A stretch of 64,000 bases of DNA from Lama glama (GCA_028534125.1 CM052828.1:7440001-7504000); one strand, 5' to 3'. Positions 50,331 to 63,159 are shown, numbered from the stretch's first letter. A program made the numbers and translations. The notes: a model not told the origin generated them from the letters alone.

Positions 50331-53239
50331 TTGCAGGGACTAGTCAAATGCTCCCATTAAGCTGAGGAGAAATTAGATTGAATAAATACCCTCAGCCTGT
50401 GCCATCACGAAAGAAGAGTAAAGTGTTCATTAAAAACTAATTGGTAAGCAATTTGCAAATGAGAAACTTGTTTCTTTCTTTTTCTCTCTCTCTCTTGTCA
50501 GCATCACCAAAGCCTTGATGAAAATGCCTAGAGCAAAGAGGTAGATTCTTACATTTCCATTTGGCATTTCTTGCTGCCCAGAATCTTTGGGCTCAGACAG
50601 AGCATGTGGATGCTTATGTGATGGGATTTGATGGATACTTCAAGGTCCTCTTGCTCTAATATGTCCCTCTGGGTGTCCTGAAAATCCCTTAATTCAAAGT
50701 CAGTTATTGTCAATTAAGATACCGTGGGTCCTCCAGACTCCTTTAAAAATGCAAACACGAAGAAGGGGGGATATTATTACTCATTAGCATCTTTGCCTGA
50801 TTTGTTTCTCCAAAGTAGCTTTGGCCGCCTAACAGGGCCCTGAGGAAATGGGGGAAGGTCCAGGACGGGCTCGGGGAGTGATGGGAGGAGGGCATGTGGA
50901 TGATGGGCTAGTTTGGGGGATGGCAGAACCCCAGTGTCCTGGAGAGCATATTAGACATCTGGGGGGACATAGATTTAAAAGGGACATGAAAGGTAACTGG
51001 GAAGGTGCCCCTATTACCTCTCTTGTGTAGACAAATACCCTTTTCATCTCAGTACAGGTATGATGGGGGAAAGAAAACTAAAACAAAGCAAACACGGAGG
51101 CACAGGGACAAATGTGGGCTTAGTTCCTTGAGTCTAAGACGTTGTCATCCAGTCACAGACGACAGCAGGCCCCATGTCCTTGGCCTCCGCTTGTCTTGAG
51201 TACAGAGCCCAGACACTCTTCTTCCTACTCACTTCTGTCAACCTTTATCCCTTATAGTCTTAGGGGCTGAAGGCAGAGTCTCAGTTTTATTGGCCAAGAT
51301 AGATACCTGGCCTACTCGTTCCCTCCTCTTGAGAGAAAGGGAGTGGAAATTACCCTATCCATTGCAAGACCCATCTCAATTTCAGAGACGTTTAGCTGGA
51401 GAGAAGTAAATCTTAGAGATAAGAAAACAGTTAGGAGGAAGTGACTGGTGGCCCTTACTGGGTAGATAAACACCTTCTGGAACCAAGAACTCTCACATAT
51501 TCACCGATAAGTCAGGCACACAGCATCTCCCCTACCTCCCAAGTGGAACAACAGTTCACTCACTTGAAACAAAGCACCCACTACACACTGTGCTTGGATC
51601 ACACAGGTTCTGGGACCCAGAGGCTCATGCTTTCTGGGCCCAGTGCAGAGCCTCCAAATCAAAGCTTTCATCAGTAAACTTCAAAGCTGGGACCTGGGAG
51701 CATTTAAAGACAGGCAATACCTCCCTGACATGGAGATTAGGTTAACCTACCAAAAGGAGGCATCAAGGCCCCTCCGGCAGAGTCTCCGTTCCTCTTGGTG
51801 TTACCAAGTGATCCCCTTCCATCTTAATCATGGATCTAGGGACCTTGCCGACTGCGTTCCTCATGATTCCTTCAGTGTCTTTTGCCCTCATTGTAAATAT
51901 CTTTCAGAAACCTGAAATGAAATTGCATCTACTTTTCCTCTCCCTCCATCAGTCTGAGTCATCTTCACTTGGAATCAGTTGTGCCTTCTAGCCCTTTTAA
52001 AGAATCATTACTTTCACGGGGGGAGAAAAATGATCACTCGGCCGGATGCTGTGGAATGTAAGGGGACTGGGCAGGGAGGCAAGAGTGAGACCGCTGTCCC
52101 CACGGTCCTCGATGAGCTCACGTCCGCCATTCCATTCAGTTATAAAAATGTGCACCAGCTCGGTCGCCTTAGATTAAAATGCTTGCATATAATTTCCTCA
52201 CACATTTTTATTTGGTTAGTACCAGGCCTCGGGAAGGGCCCATTCCTTTCCCAGGTCTGTAATAGCTTCACTCTCTAAATCATTTTCTCCCTTGTGTGTT
52301 GGCCTCGCAGAATTTCAGCTCAGAACAGAGGGAAGGAAATCACCACGGTAACCGTGGCTGCCTAGGCTGCAGTTTTGCTTTGTTTTTTCAAATAAAAATA
52401 ACAAGCAGATAGGCTGTTTTCTCTTAATGTCTCTAATAGGTTAAAAGTGTCCAAAACTCTGCTTTTTCTTAAGCCAATAGGAAGCTGAATCTGAGCTACA
52501 AGGGAGGAGGCATCATTTGGGTGTGATTGACCAGGGAGGAACTGATCCTCTGCAGTGCGACCTTACAGCCCTTTAGCTCTTGTGCCCTGTCAGGTTCTCA
52601 GCATCTTTCTGTCTCTACCTGTTCTGGGTCCAGTTTCCCTGAGCCCATGTCCTCACCTTGCCTCTGCCTTCCAAACTTCTATCCAGATGGACCTGTCTGA
52701 TGGATGGCCCATTCTTTCAGTGCCTTGCTTTCTGCTTTTCGACTATACTCTTAGGTAACCTCTGAAGATAGCTTATATTATCTTGGAGAAGGAAGCAATG
52801 CCATTAATGGAACTTGAAGAAACTACTAAGAATGTATAGGCTGGTGTGTGGCAAGACTGCAGAACTGATGATAAGTACTAGAATAGAATTGGGATATTGC
52901 TGACTGGCTGTATAAGTCTGAACAAGTGAATTAACGAGGCTGGGCCTCAGTCTATTCATCTTCATAATGGGGTTATTAATTTACATTTCATAGGGATGCT
53001 GTAAAGTTTTGTACACTGCCTATTTTTAGGACTTGATACAAAGTTACCCACTTTATGTTGACATTGGAGACATGCTATTTATCTGGCTTCATAACCTTAT
53101 ACCAGCTTAGTTTTCTAAAAAATTATTTTGAATGCCATAGCAGATTTGAAAATGTTTGAAATGATAAAATATCACAAAATTGTAAGTTAACGCAAAATCC
53201 TCAGGTTAAAACGAGATTAAATTATTATTAGTATTGTCA

Positions 53240-53620
53240 TTATTTCATTAATTATCAAGACAAATACGTAGAAGTCATTTTTGAATCCTCTCCTTATTTC
53301 ACCCCCAGCATCCAGTTCATCACTGAGTCCCTTTAACTCTAATTCAGAATGCATCCCCTAGGTATTGGCATCTTTCTTCTCCACTGCTGTCACCCCAGGC
53401 TAAGCCGCCCCAACAGCCCTTCGTACGTCTCTCTCCGGGTGCTCTAGACCAGCACTGCTGTGCAGACCGCATTCAGAGAGGGCACTTCTGTTCACAGACA
53501 AATGCGGTTCTCCCCCGTCCACCTTCTCTAGGCATCTGATCTGTCTTGCTCATCACCAGACTCAGAACAGTACCACGCTCATGGAGGGCATCAACAAGGA
53601 TTTTGTGAATAAATTATATG
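53240..53620 (+). mobile_element. L2 fragments
   Basis: gaagtcatttttgaatcctctcc...catccagttcatcactgagtcc. Confidence 0.6.
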
Positions 53621-54576
53621 CACTAATGTTTTCTAATAAAAATACTATGGGGCAGGCATTATTAGTGCATTGTACAAATAAGGAATCTGAATATCTTTAT
53701 GTAAACGAGTAGCCCTTCCCTAAGAGACTGGGATTGGCCGGATCCAGTGCATTTTGGAGGAATTTCACGGAAGCAGAACTTTACTTAAAGAGGACAGTAA
53801 ATCAAACAAATAGGGCTCTATTCTGTACTGGAGGGCAACTCCGCCATTCCTGACTTCTGTTTCTTTTGTATTTCATTGAAAATATTTACTGAATCTTCTC
53901 TTAAATACTTTTATCTTACTTTTCTTCTACTAAATTTCAGTGAGTGATGGATGGAATTTTTATTTTCTATAGATATATGAGATAATTAATCAAAGTGTTC
54001 ATTTTCAAAATTCTAAAGACCAGTATATTTCCCACTCTCTGTTTGCTATATCCTGAAGAGAAATCCAAATAGGCTATGTTAGGTGATTTTAAATGAAGAG
54101 ATTTGTTTTGTTAGCCTTTAACCATGGGTGACATCTTATTATATTAGCAATTTTTATCTCCATCATTAGTGTTCTCACAGCAGCAACAATTTTCATTTGC
54201 AGTTACTTTCCATTGACGTTGTAGACATGGCTTTTATCATATCAGAGTGTATATTTAGAAACTAAACCAGCATTAAAGCAGGGTTTTTCCTACTGGATGG
54301 CAGACTTTGTAACCATTATAAAATCTTAGAAAATCAAATATTTGTTGTCTGGGCTCTCCAATTATTATTTCTATCTCATCCAGATGATGTGCATAAATGA
54401 TCATTAGGACATATGAATCAAAATCATTGCAACATTAACTCAGTCAAGGCAGCGTAAGATCAAACTGAGTAGCTGATGTGGGAGATTAATGGGAAATGTG
54501 TGAGAAGTCATCCAGGTACGAGGCTATTCCCTGCCTTCACCCTCACTCCCCAGATGCTTAAGATGATAGCTTGAGG

Positions 54577-55321
54577 TTTTTTTTTTTTTTCTTGTAAGTT
54601 TAATTGGGTCGCATTTGTTTATTTTTGCTTTCATTTCTATTGCCTTGGTAGACTGACCTAGGAAAACATTGCTATGATTTATATCAAAGAATGTTTTGCC
54701 TGTGTTATTTTCTGGGAGATTTATGGTGTTCTGTCTTATGTTTAAGTGTTTAAGCCATTTTGAGTTTATTTTTGTGTATGGCGTGAGGGAGTTGTTCTGA
54801 CTTCATTGATCTACATGCAATTGTCCATCTTTCCCAACACCGCTTGCCAAGGAGACTGTCTTAACTCCATTGTATATTTTTGCCTCCTTTGTTGAAGATT
54901 AATTGACCATAGGTGTGTGGTTTTATTTCTGGGCTCTCAGTTTGATCCATATGTCTGTTTTTGTGCCAATACCATGCTGTTTTAATTACTGTATCTTTAG
55001 AGTATTGTCTGAAGTCTGAGAGGGTTATGCCTCCAGCTTCGTTCTTTTTCTTCAGTATTGCTTTGGCAATTCTGAGTCTTTGGTTATTCCATGTAAATTT
55101 TAGGATTGTTTGTTCTATTTCTGTAAAACATGTCCTGGGTAANNNNNNNNNNNNNNNNNNNNNNNNNNNNNNNNNNNNNNNNNNNNNNNNNNNNNNNNNN
55201 NNNNNNNNNNNNNNNNNNNNNNNNNNNNNNNNNNNNNNNNNNNNNNNNNNNNNNNNNNNNNNNNNNNNNNNNNNNNNNNNNNNNNNNNNNNNNNNNNNNN
55301 NNNNTTCACCTCCTTGGTCAG
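54577..55321 (-). mobile_element. Young LINE-1 ORF2 fragment ending in poly(A) within ORF2 (spans gap)
   Basis: Well-conserved antisense ORF2 (gtgccaataccatgctgtttt, cctccagcttcgttcttt, aattttaggattgttt); T14 at 54577-54590; ttcacctccttggtcag after the gap. Confidence 0.9.
55143..55305. other. Assembly gap (N run)
   Basis: 163 Ns. Confidence 1.
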
Positions 55322-55339
55322 GAAGCTGTTGTCATTTTA

Positions 55340-55740
55340 GATTTAAATTTAAAGTATAATTTAGCTACAGTGAAATATGCTGATTTAAGAATGCAGTTTT
55401 ATCCATTTGAAAAACGTCCATGCTCATGTAACCTACAAGACTATCAAGATATAGACTATTTCCAACTTCTTAGCATAGTTGTGCCCCTTCCCAGATAGTC
55501 ACAATCATTTCACCAAGCATGACTAATCTGATTTCTATCCCTATAGATTAGTGTTATCTACCTGGAACTTCAAATAGATGGAATCACGCATAGAGTATGT
55601 ACCCTTTTAAGTGTGACTTCTTTCCCTCAGGATAATCTTTTTGAAATTTGCTGATATTCTTGTGTGTACTAGTAGTTCATTTTCACTGCTGAACAGTATT
55701 ACATTGTATGAATATACCACAATTTATCCCATTGACTGGT
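55340..55740 (-). mobile_element. Old L1M 3' end
   Basis: ctgatttctatccctatagattag...gaacttcaaatagatggaatca...cattgtatgaatataccacaattt. Confidence 0.75.
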
Positions 55741-56568
55741 ATTTTAAAGATAAAGTAGCTAATGTTTTTCAGCACAATCTTTAGACTTTTAGCTGTGCCT
55801 TCCTGGAAAGTGGAATCCTAAGGATTAAAAGTGTTTTTGAACTTAGTGAGCCTAATAATTGCTTGTAAGTTTCACCTCATTTTGCAAATGTGTTTGTAGC
55901 CAATCATCATTGCATTTCAAATTTGTAGGTCACTTTAGAGATCATACTGTTGGACTTGTTATTTTACTGATGAAAATACTGATGCTTAGAAAGGTTCACT
56001 TAGTGGCAGAAGTAAAAATACAAATCATATTTCTCTCACCTCAATCTCTCTCCTCTATTACAAACTATTAAATTATATTATTTTAAATTTACTCAGAGGA
56101 TAGAACCAATGAATTTATTCCAAAAGTAAATGGAAAAAGTGATTATTTGTTTTAAATATAATGAAATAGAATTTTGTTTTATTAGAAAGCTCACTGAACC
56201 AATTTAAAACCTGATATCATTTTCAAATATATGTTTTCACACAATAGTCTGGGAATATATCCATTTTTAAAAATAAAATTGAAGTATTTACTATAAAATT
56301 CAGGAAATGTACTACTTACATATTAGGATTTTTCCCTGATCACTGTGGCTGAGTGTGATATTAACATAAGCATTTTCAAAGACAGGCTGCTCAAATATCG
56401 TCTCCTCTTTCAATAGCTGGTATTAGTATTTGCCCTGAGAAAAGAACTTTTTCTGAAAATCTGTGTTGCAGTGAGATTAGGAGGAGTATGAATCAAATCT
56501 GACTTACTCTTCTTGTGCTGGTTTCAGGGGAATTGCAGTATTTTTGCGGAAGTCATCTTTGAGGGAAG

Positions 56569-56761
56569 TCAGTGATGTGCTAGTAAATGTTTACCAAACT
56601 GATCTCTGGAAATAAAGGCTCTGATTTCTAGCATTTGCTCATTTCCATGGTGTAAATACTCCCACTACAGCCAATTTCAAGCTACCAACATGATGTCAAC
56701 TGGTTTGTAAAATCTCTGAAAATTTAACAATCAGCTTTCAGGAGACTCAGCACAGCACTTG
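56569..56761. mobile_element. MER63-like (hAT-Blackjack)
   Basis: cagtgatgtgctagtaaatgttta...catggtgtaaatactcccac...atttcaagctaccaac. Confidence 0.75.
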
Positions 56762-56979
56762 CTGGAGGAAGCAGAGTGATTAGCTATTTTCAGCTCTCAA
56801 CCTCTCAAGAGTGTAAGTTAAAAGCAAGAAAGAAGGAAGGAAGGACAGAAGGGAGGAAAACTAAAGGAAAGGGAAAAGAAAAGAAAGGAAAACTTTAACA
56901 GAACTTAGTTAAATTTCCTCAAAGTTTGATCAGGAAAGCCGTTTTTAGAAATCTATTAAGCATTAAACAAGTTTCCCTC

Positions 56980-57397
56980 ATGACCTCAGCTAGGAGGGCC
57001 CAAGCGGCTGGGGGCTGAGACTGCTGAGGCTGGAGGATCTACTTCCAAGATGCCTTTTCATTTACATATCTGGCCTTTGGGCTAGGATGGCTGAAGATGG
57101 GCTTGGCAGGAACTCTGAGACTGTCAACCAGCTGCATGTTACTTCTTTACATGGTGGGAGCTTCTCATGGCCTGGCAACTGAGATCCCAAAAGAAATACT
57201 TTGAGGGAGATCCTCGTGAGAGTGAATGTTCCAAGATGATCAGGCAGAAGTGGCATGGTGTCAATCACATGGGTCTCTTCCACAGTACTCTGTTGATCAA
57301 AACAGTCCCAGGCTCACTCACGTTCAAGGGAAGGTGCAGAGACTTCACTTTCAATGGGAGAAGCTTCAAATAATTTGCAGCCATTTTTTAAACTTCT
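56980..57397 (-). mobile_element. MaLR LTR (MLT1F/G/H-like)
   Basis: gctggaggatctacttccaagatg...ttcaagggaagg...tttgcagccattttt. Confidence 0.75.
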
Positions 57398-57840
57398 GTG
57401 AATAGTGAACATATGAATAGTGTGTCAGAATTAGATGGTCTATCACTTGTTTACAGAAAGTTTATGGGAGAAAATAGATGGTTTTTGCACGAGTTGAGTG
57501 GAATAGCCTACACAGCAATAATAGGACATTCAGTGCATAGAGAAGTGCTGAAGTGAAGCTTCTCTCATCAAGAACAGAGGTGGTCAGTGAAGACAGTCAT
57601 AATGTAGTGGGGAGAGAAATGGGGCTGGGTGGCCTGAGAAAGACCACTAAAGAATCACGAACTGGGAACTGGTTTTCTACATTGACCAGCAGCATGGTGT
57701 GTCCCTGAGTGATCATGGCTGTGCTTCTTCTTACAGGGCCAGACAACAGAGGTTAGCGGGAGGACAGCTGACTTTAGGAGGCTGGACAAAATACATGGTT
57801 TTCTTATAGATACAGCCAGCACTGATGTGTTCATCAGGTT

Positions 57841-58768
57841 TGTGGTAGGCAGAATAATGCTCCTCCCCTCCACTCAAATGTCCGCGTCCTAGTACCCGGA
57901 ACCTGTGGCTATGTTAGGTTACATGACAGGAGAATTAAAGTTGCAGATGGAATTAAGTTGGCTATATTGGGCTGAATAGTGTCCTCTGGCCCCCCAAATT
58001 CATGTCCACCTGGAACCTATGAACATGACCTTGTTTGAAAATAGGATCTTTGTAGGTGTAATCATATTTACGTGAAGTCATAATGGATTAGGGTGGGCAC
58101 TAAATCTAATATGACTGGTATCCTTATAAGAAGAAGGAAATTTGGACAGAGAAACACACTCGAGTGGAGAATGCTGTGTGAAGGTGGAGAGGACTGAAGT
58201 GATGCATCTACAAGCACAGAATGCCAGGGATTGCCCTCAACCACCAGAAGCTGGGAAGCAGCAAGGACAAATCCTCCTTCAGAGTCTTCAGAGAAAGATG
58301 GCCCTGCTGATCCTTCGATTTTGGACTTCTGGTCTCCAGAAAAATGATAGAAGGCAGTTATGCTGTTCTAAACTACCCAGTTTGTGGCCATTTGTTATGG
58401 CAGCCCTAGGGAACAAATATATTTTCTAATCAGTCCAATGTAATGATGAGTCCTTGTAAGTGGAAGAGGGAGGCAGAATTAAAAATCAGAGAGATGGCAG
58501 CATGAGAAGGGCTTGGCTTGATGTTGCTGGCTCTCAAAATGGAGGCAGGAGCTGTGAGCCAACAAATACGGGCACTCTCTAGAAGCTGGAAAAGGTGAGG
58601 AAATGGATGCTCCAGAGGGAACACCACCCTGCTTACTCTTCGACTTTAGCCCAGTGAGATGTATTCCAGACTTCTGACCCCCAGAACTTTAAGATAGTTC
58701 TGCTATCTGCTAGTTTAAGCCACTGAGTTTATGGTAATTTGTTACAGCCACAATAGGTAACTCATATA
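57841..58768 (+). mobile_element. MLT1D-like LTR split by a nested MLT1C-like LTR (about 57965-58421)
   Basis: Outer: tgtggtaggcagaataatg...gttgcagatggaattaag | aatcagtccaatgtaat...ggtaatttgttacagc. Inner: complete LTR ending tttgttatggcagccctagggaacaaatata. Confidence 0.85.
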
Positions 58769-58904
58769 AGGTTACTTGGTACTTCGGCTCTAAGGAAATG
58801 ACTGGGTTGGTGTTGGTGGGAAGAGGCTTGCCAACAGCCCCCACTGGGGAGTGGGGCCAGGGAAGGATGTAAGGTAGGCAATCTGGACACTACTTTTTGG
58901 TCAG

Positions 58905-59270
58905 AATCCAAAATTTGTCTGTTGGGGTCCTAATCCCCAGTCTTTCAGAATGTGACTGTATTCAGAATAGGGCCATTAAAGAGGTAATTCAGATAAAATG
59001 AGGTCACTTGAATGAGCCATAATGCAACATGACTGACGTCATTAGAAGAGGAGAACACACAGAGAGGAAAGGCTGTGTGAAGGCAGAGGGAGAAAGCTGT
59101 CATCTGCAAACCAAGGAAAGAGGTCTCAGAAGGAGCCAACCTGCTGATGTCTTGATCTTAGACACAGCCTCCAGATTTGTGAGAAAATTAATTTCTGTTG
59201 CTTAAGTCACCTGGTCTAGTGGTCCCCGTCTAGAGTACTTTATCATGGCAGTTCCAGTGAACCACCATAC
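58905..59270 (+). mobile_element. MaLR solo LTR (MLT1A/B-like)
   Basis: cagaatgtgactgtatt...aaatgaggtca...ccaacctgctgatgtcttgatcttagac. Confidence 0.85.
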
Positions 59271-60459
59271 GCCCCGCACCCTTCACTTCCCTCATTTTCT
59301 AGGTTAGGACACTGACATTCAGAGTAAGAAAGATAAATGGCTCACAGAACGAGTGGCCTGTGGGGCTGGAATCTGCAGCACTTGTTGGTGATTCAGGGGA
59401 CTAATGAGCCCTCGGGGGCTCTGCGCACAGTTTTAGGTAAGGTTTTACAGTGTGGCGGCCTGTCTTTGAATCCCTTCACATCTGAACATTCAGAACTCAG
59501 TGTGTTTATGTTTTCAGTCATTTCCCCCATGATGAATAAAGCCCAACTGGTTTGGAAAGAGAAAAAAAACAAAAACAAAAAAACCTAACTGAAAGCTCAA
59601 ATGGTCAAGTGGTCACAAAATGTGAACCTGAAAAAGAAAATGTTCATTGAGCACAAGTCAGATGTGATTTTCTTCAAGATTACATGTTATAGTAGATTCC
59701 ACTGAAAAAAAAAATACACTTCTCACATATATTGCTAATCTGTTTTTAAAAATTCATTTACTAAAGATGACAGGATGCAGGAGAATAGGCCAATTAATGA
59801 TAAAGGTGTCTGTACAGTATGATAATTCAGTGTAACTCAAAGTAATTGCTTCGTGTAGTTAACTTGAAGCAAGGCCATTAGTCACAAGAAACCTGGACAG
59901 TGGACTTGACTGGAAACCACTTTCTTACTCTGTTCTCTCATCCTGATACATGGTGAGGTGTGGATATATTTATATATTTAATCTAGTTACAAATAGAAAT
60001 TAAAAATAGATATTGCTAAATAAATTACTCCATTGCAAATTAATGGAGATTGGGTTTTTTTCTTCTTAATTTATTCAAATAAAATACTCTCAGCCTCAGG
60101 TCTTCCACGAAGGAATAAAGGTTGCTTTCCATCCTGAGTGGAAAGGGAGAATCCTAAACAGATTGTAAATTATTTAAGTTGGTCACTTTGCTCTAATACA
60201 TTCTAAGTAGCTCTTTAAATCATTAATGAGGGTGTCAGATTCTGCAATCTGGTGGCAAATTAAAAAAAAGAAATCTATGCTGCCTTTAATTACTTAAAAA
60301 AAAATAATACACCCTGATCTTATTAAAATCAGATCGTAACCTAGAGCAAGAAAGAAGATTGAGTTTTATGCTACCTGAAGTTCCAAATCTTTAACCCATA
60401 ATATACTGGCTCATGTACTGTCTCTGATGCCTCTTTTGTTCCTGTAACTTCCTACGTTA

Positions 60460-60780
60460 TTTCTGTCAGTCCTGATAGCAGAGCTGTTGGTAGGTTGTTA
60501 TCCCTCCTTTACAGATGAGGAAGCTTATTCAAACATTTAAATAACTTGCTCAGCTTATGTGTCTCTGAACTGAGATTCATTCTTTGGTCTATTTGATGCC
60601 AAAGCCCTTGCACTTTCCACTATTTCATGCTGAATCTTATTTCATTGTTTACCAAGTGCTTTCAAAAGTATTATTTTAGTTGAGGCTCCAAAAGTCCTAT
60701 GAGGTAATTCCCTATTTTATGGTTGAGAAAGCTGAGCATTCTAGCATCTGACCCCAAATAATACAATTGGAAATGGCCTT
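60460..60780 (-). mobile_element. Two MIR fragments
   Basis: tttacagatgaggaagct; cctattttatggttgagaaagctgag. Confidence 0.65.
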
Positions 60781-60842
60781 TGAATGTTTTCTGCTCTCTA
60801 CAAAGCCATGCACACATGTATATCCACACACTCCTACACACG

Positions 60843-61369
60843 TGTGGAAGAGGAAAAAATTATTCCTTCTAGCCTTCTAGGTTCTTGACTGAGGCCTCAG
60901 TTACAAAATACAGATTAATGAGAAAAAAAAATATATTAGGTTGTGTATTTCATTTATGCATGGAAGAAACTCAAGGGTGAGTAAACTCAAAGAGGTGGCT
61001 AGAACTTGAGCTTAAATACCATCTTCAGCTAAAACAAAGGAAGACAGTTGTAGGGGAAGCAAATTATGGGAAAGTGACCAGGAAAAGTAGGGTAAACAAC
61101 TGTAAGGTTTGTTATGCAGGTTTAATCCACGCCTTTCTCCATTGGTAAGATTCCTCTGTGATTTAGTCATCCTTTTCTTCCTGGTACAGAGAGGAAGACA
61201 TTTTTACAAATGAGATTGCCTTTCTAAAGGCAAATTTCCTTTACAGAAATGTAACTTATGCTCTACTTTTAGTGCTTCTCTTGTGTTTGCTATCTCTTAA
61301 AATAATCTGCTCCAAATAATCCTTATTCCTAAGAGGCGTATTTGGGTTGACACGCTCTGGTCTCCTACA
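60843..61369 (-). mobile_element. MER34A-like ERV1 solo LTR, full length
   Basis: Minus strand begins TGTAGGAGACCAGA...; TG..CA termini; 4-bp TSD CACG (60839-60842) / CATG (61370-61373). Confidence 0.85.
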
Positions 61370-61653
61370 CATGCGTGTACACGTGAGCCGCCTTCACCCC
61401 TAGTCCTGCCTCCCTCTCGGAGACAAGGAGTGAAGGAGCCTGGAAGCCTATGGTGAGGAAAGAGTTGGAAACAGTCTAGTACTTCACCGCCAAAACCACT
61501 TGTTTGCAAATCATTTCATTAGTCATGAAGGATATGGTAGAAATACTCACTAGTTTCTGTTACTTCATAGAAAAAGTACATGTGTATATACTGAGTTGAT
61601 TGAAATTTCAGAGCTTTCTCTTTATTCATCATCTTCACTGTCCGTGGGGGTTA

Positions 61654-61845
61654 AGGCCACCAGATAAAATTCAGGACACTGTTAAATTTGAATTTCAGAT
61701 AAACAAGTTTTTTTTTTTAATATAAGTATATCCTAAATATTGCCTGGGATATGCTTAATACTAAAAAGTAAATAAATAAGTTGTTTATCTGAAATTCAAA
61801 TTTAATTGGATATATTGTAATTTTTATTGGCTAAATCTGGCAGCC
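61654..61845. mobile_element. MER53 palindromic DNA element
   Basis: Perfect 25-bp inverted repeat 61682-61706 / 61781-61805; terminus ctaaatctggcagcc. Confidence 0.9.
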
Positions 61846-62198
61846 ATTAAAGGAGGAGGTAAGAGTGTGCTTGGAGGAGAGACAAGGTGACGAGGGGTCT
61901 AAGGAGTCTGTAAGCCACTGATCAAAATGTCAAGAACCTTCTTCCTTCTTAACAAGAAGAGCCGAGCCCCACTTAGCACTTGCCACCTCTTATCTGGCAG
62001 ATCGTATGATTTCCCTTGTGTTTGGATTCTGCTGTAATTCTCATGGAAAGCAGCGAGTATAGTTCTATATAGCTACAGAAGAAAAGGAGGATAGAATATT
62101 TTATATAAAAAACCAAACACACACAGATATAATTCACATTACTGGAGAGATGACAGAATTTCTAATACCACCAAAATTAGTCAATCTTAATTCTCTAG

Positions 62199-62378
62199 AT
62201 CACTGATTTTCAAGCCCTATCCAGCATCAGAATCAGCTTGATAAAACATAATTGTTGGGATCCGTCCCTAGCATTTCTGTATCAGTAGTGTTGCGGAGAG
62301 GGGTGAGCATTTGTTTTTCAAATGAGTTTGTGTATGAACCTGTCGTTGCTGGTCCAGGGAACACAATATGGAAATTAA
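62199..62378. mobile_element. MER5A-like hAT-Charlie
   Basis: gcatcagaatca...tttctgtatcagtag...gctggtccagggaacac. Confidence 0.65.
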
Positions 62379-63159
62379 ACTTCCTCCAGTAGTGATGAGG
62401 TCACCAGGAGCTAACTGAGTTTGACTGGTGTTCTGGTTAGGCGCTAAGGCAGGGACTCCTAACACCTAACCCAGACTTCTTTTACTGTTAGTAGGCTGCG
62501 GTGTCATAAATCACAAAAGAAAAGCTAACTTTGCACCTTGCCTATTCTTAAATTCTGAGCCAAGGAAAAGGTATGCCTACTGGTGAGCACACGTTCATTC
62601 GTTATCCCTCATTATCACATGAGGCTGTGCTTACCATGCAGGCCAAGCCGAATATCAGCCAGGAGACGCTATCCAGAACATCCGAATCCTGTAAGCCTAG
62701 ACTCTCTAAACAGTTGTGTTAAGAAACACGAGAATACTTCCTAGAATTAATTTTTCCACAAACATTCTTTCCTGTTTTCACGGTAAATCTCCTGTTGAAG
62801 TGGCCAGCTCATAATTAACCTTTTGGAGGTGGCATGTTTTGATGGCAAAGTTGGAGCTAACGATGCTCTTGACATTTTCCTATACCTCTTCTGTCCCTCT
62901 CTCTTCCTCCTTCTCCTTTTTCCCCCTGACATTTTATTGCTTTACAAGAAAACATATGCCAAGAGAATATGGTAAGGGACCATGTCACAGAAGTGTGCTT
63001 GTGTTGTAGTTCCAAAACACAGTCTTAGAGCTAGCAAGTTAAAGCACTAACATGAATGGGACATCTTTAAGCAATTTACATATGTGAATTTTCCAGATAA
63101 AAGAAGGTTGTGTTTTAAGCATCAATTTCCCTTCCTCTTCTGAAAATATAAACTTAAAA

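Noticed and set aside
2570-55740. Minus-strand bias of younger L1s as proof of a + strand host gene
   Set aside because: Too few elements, and older L1s and LTRs occur on both strands; suggestive at most
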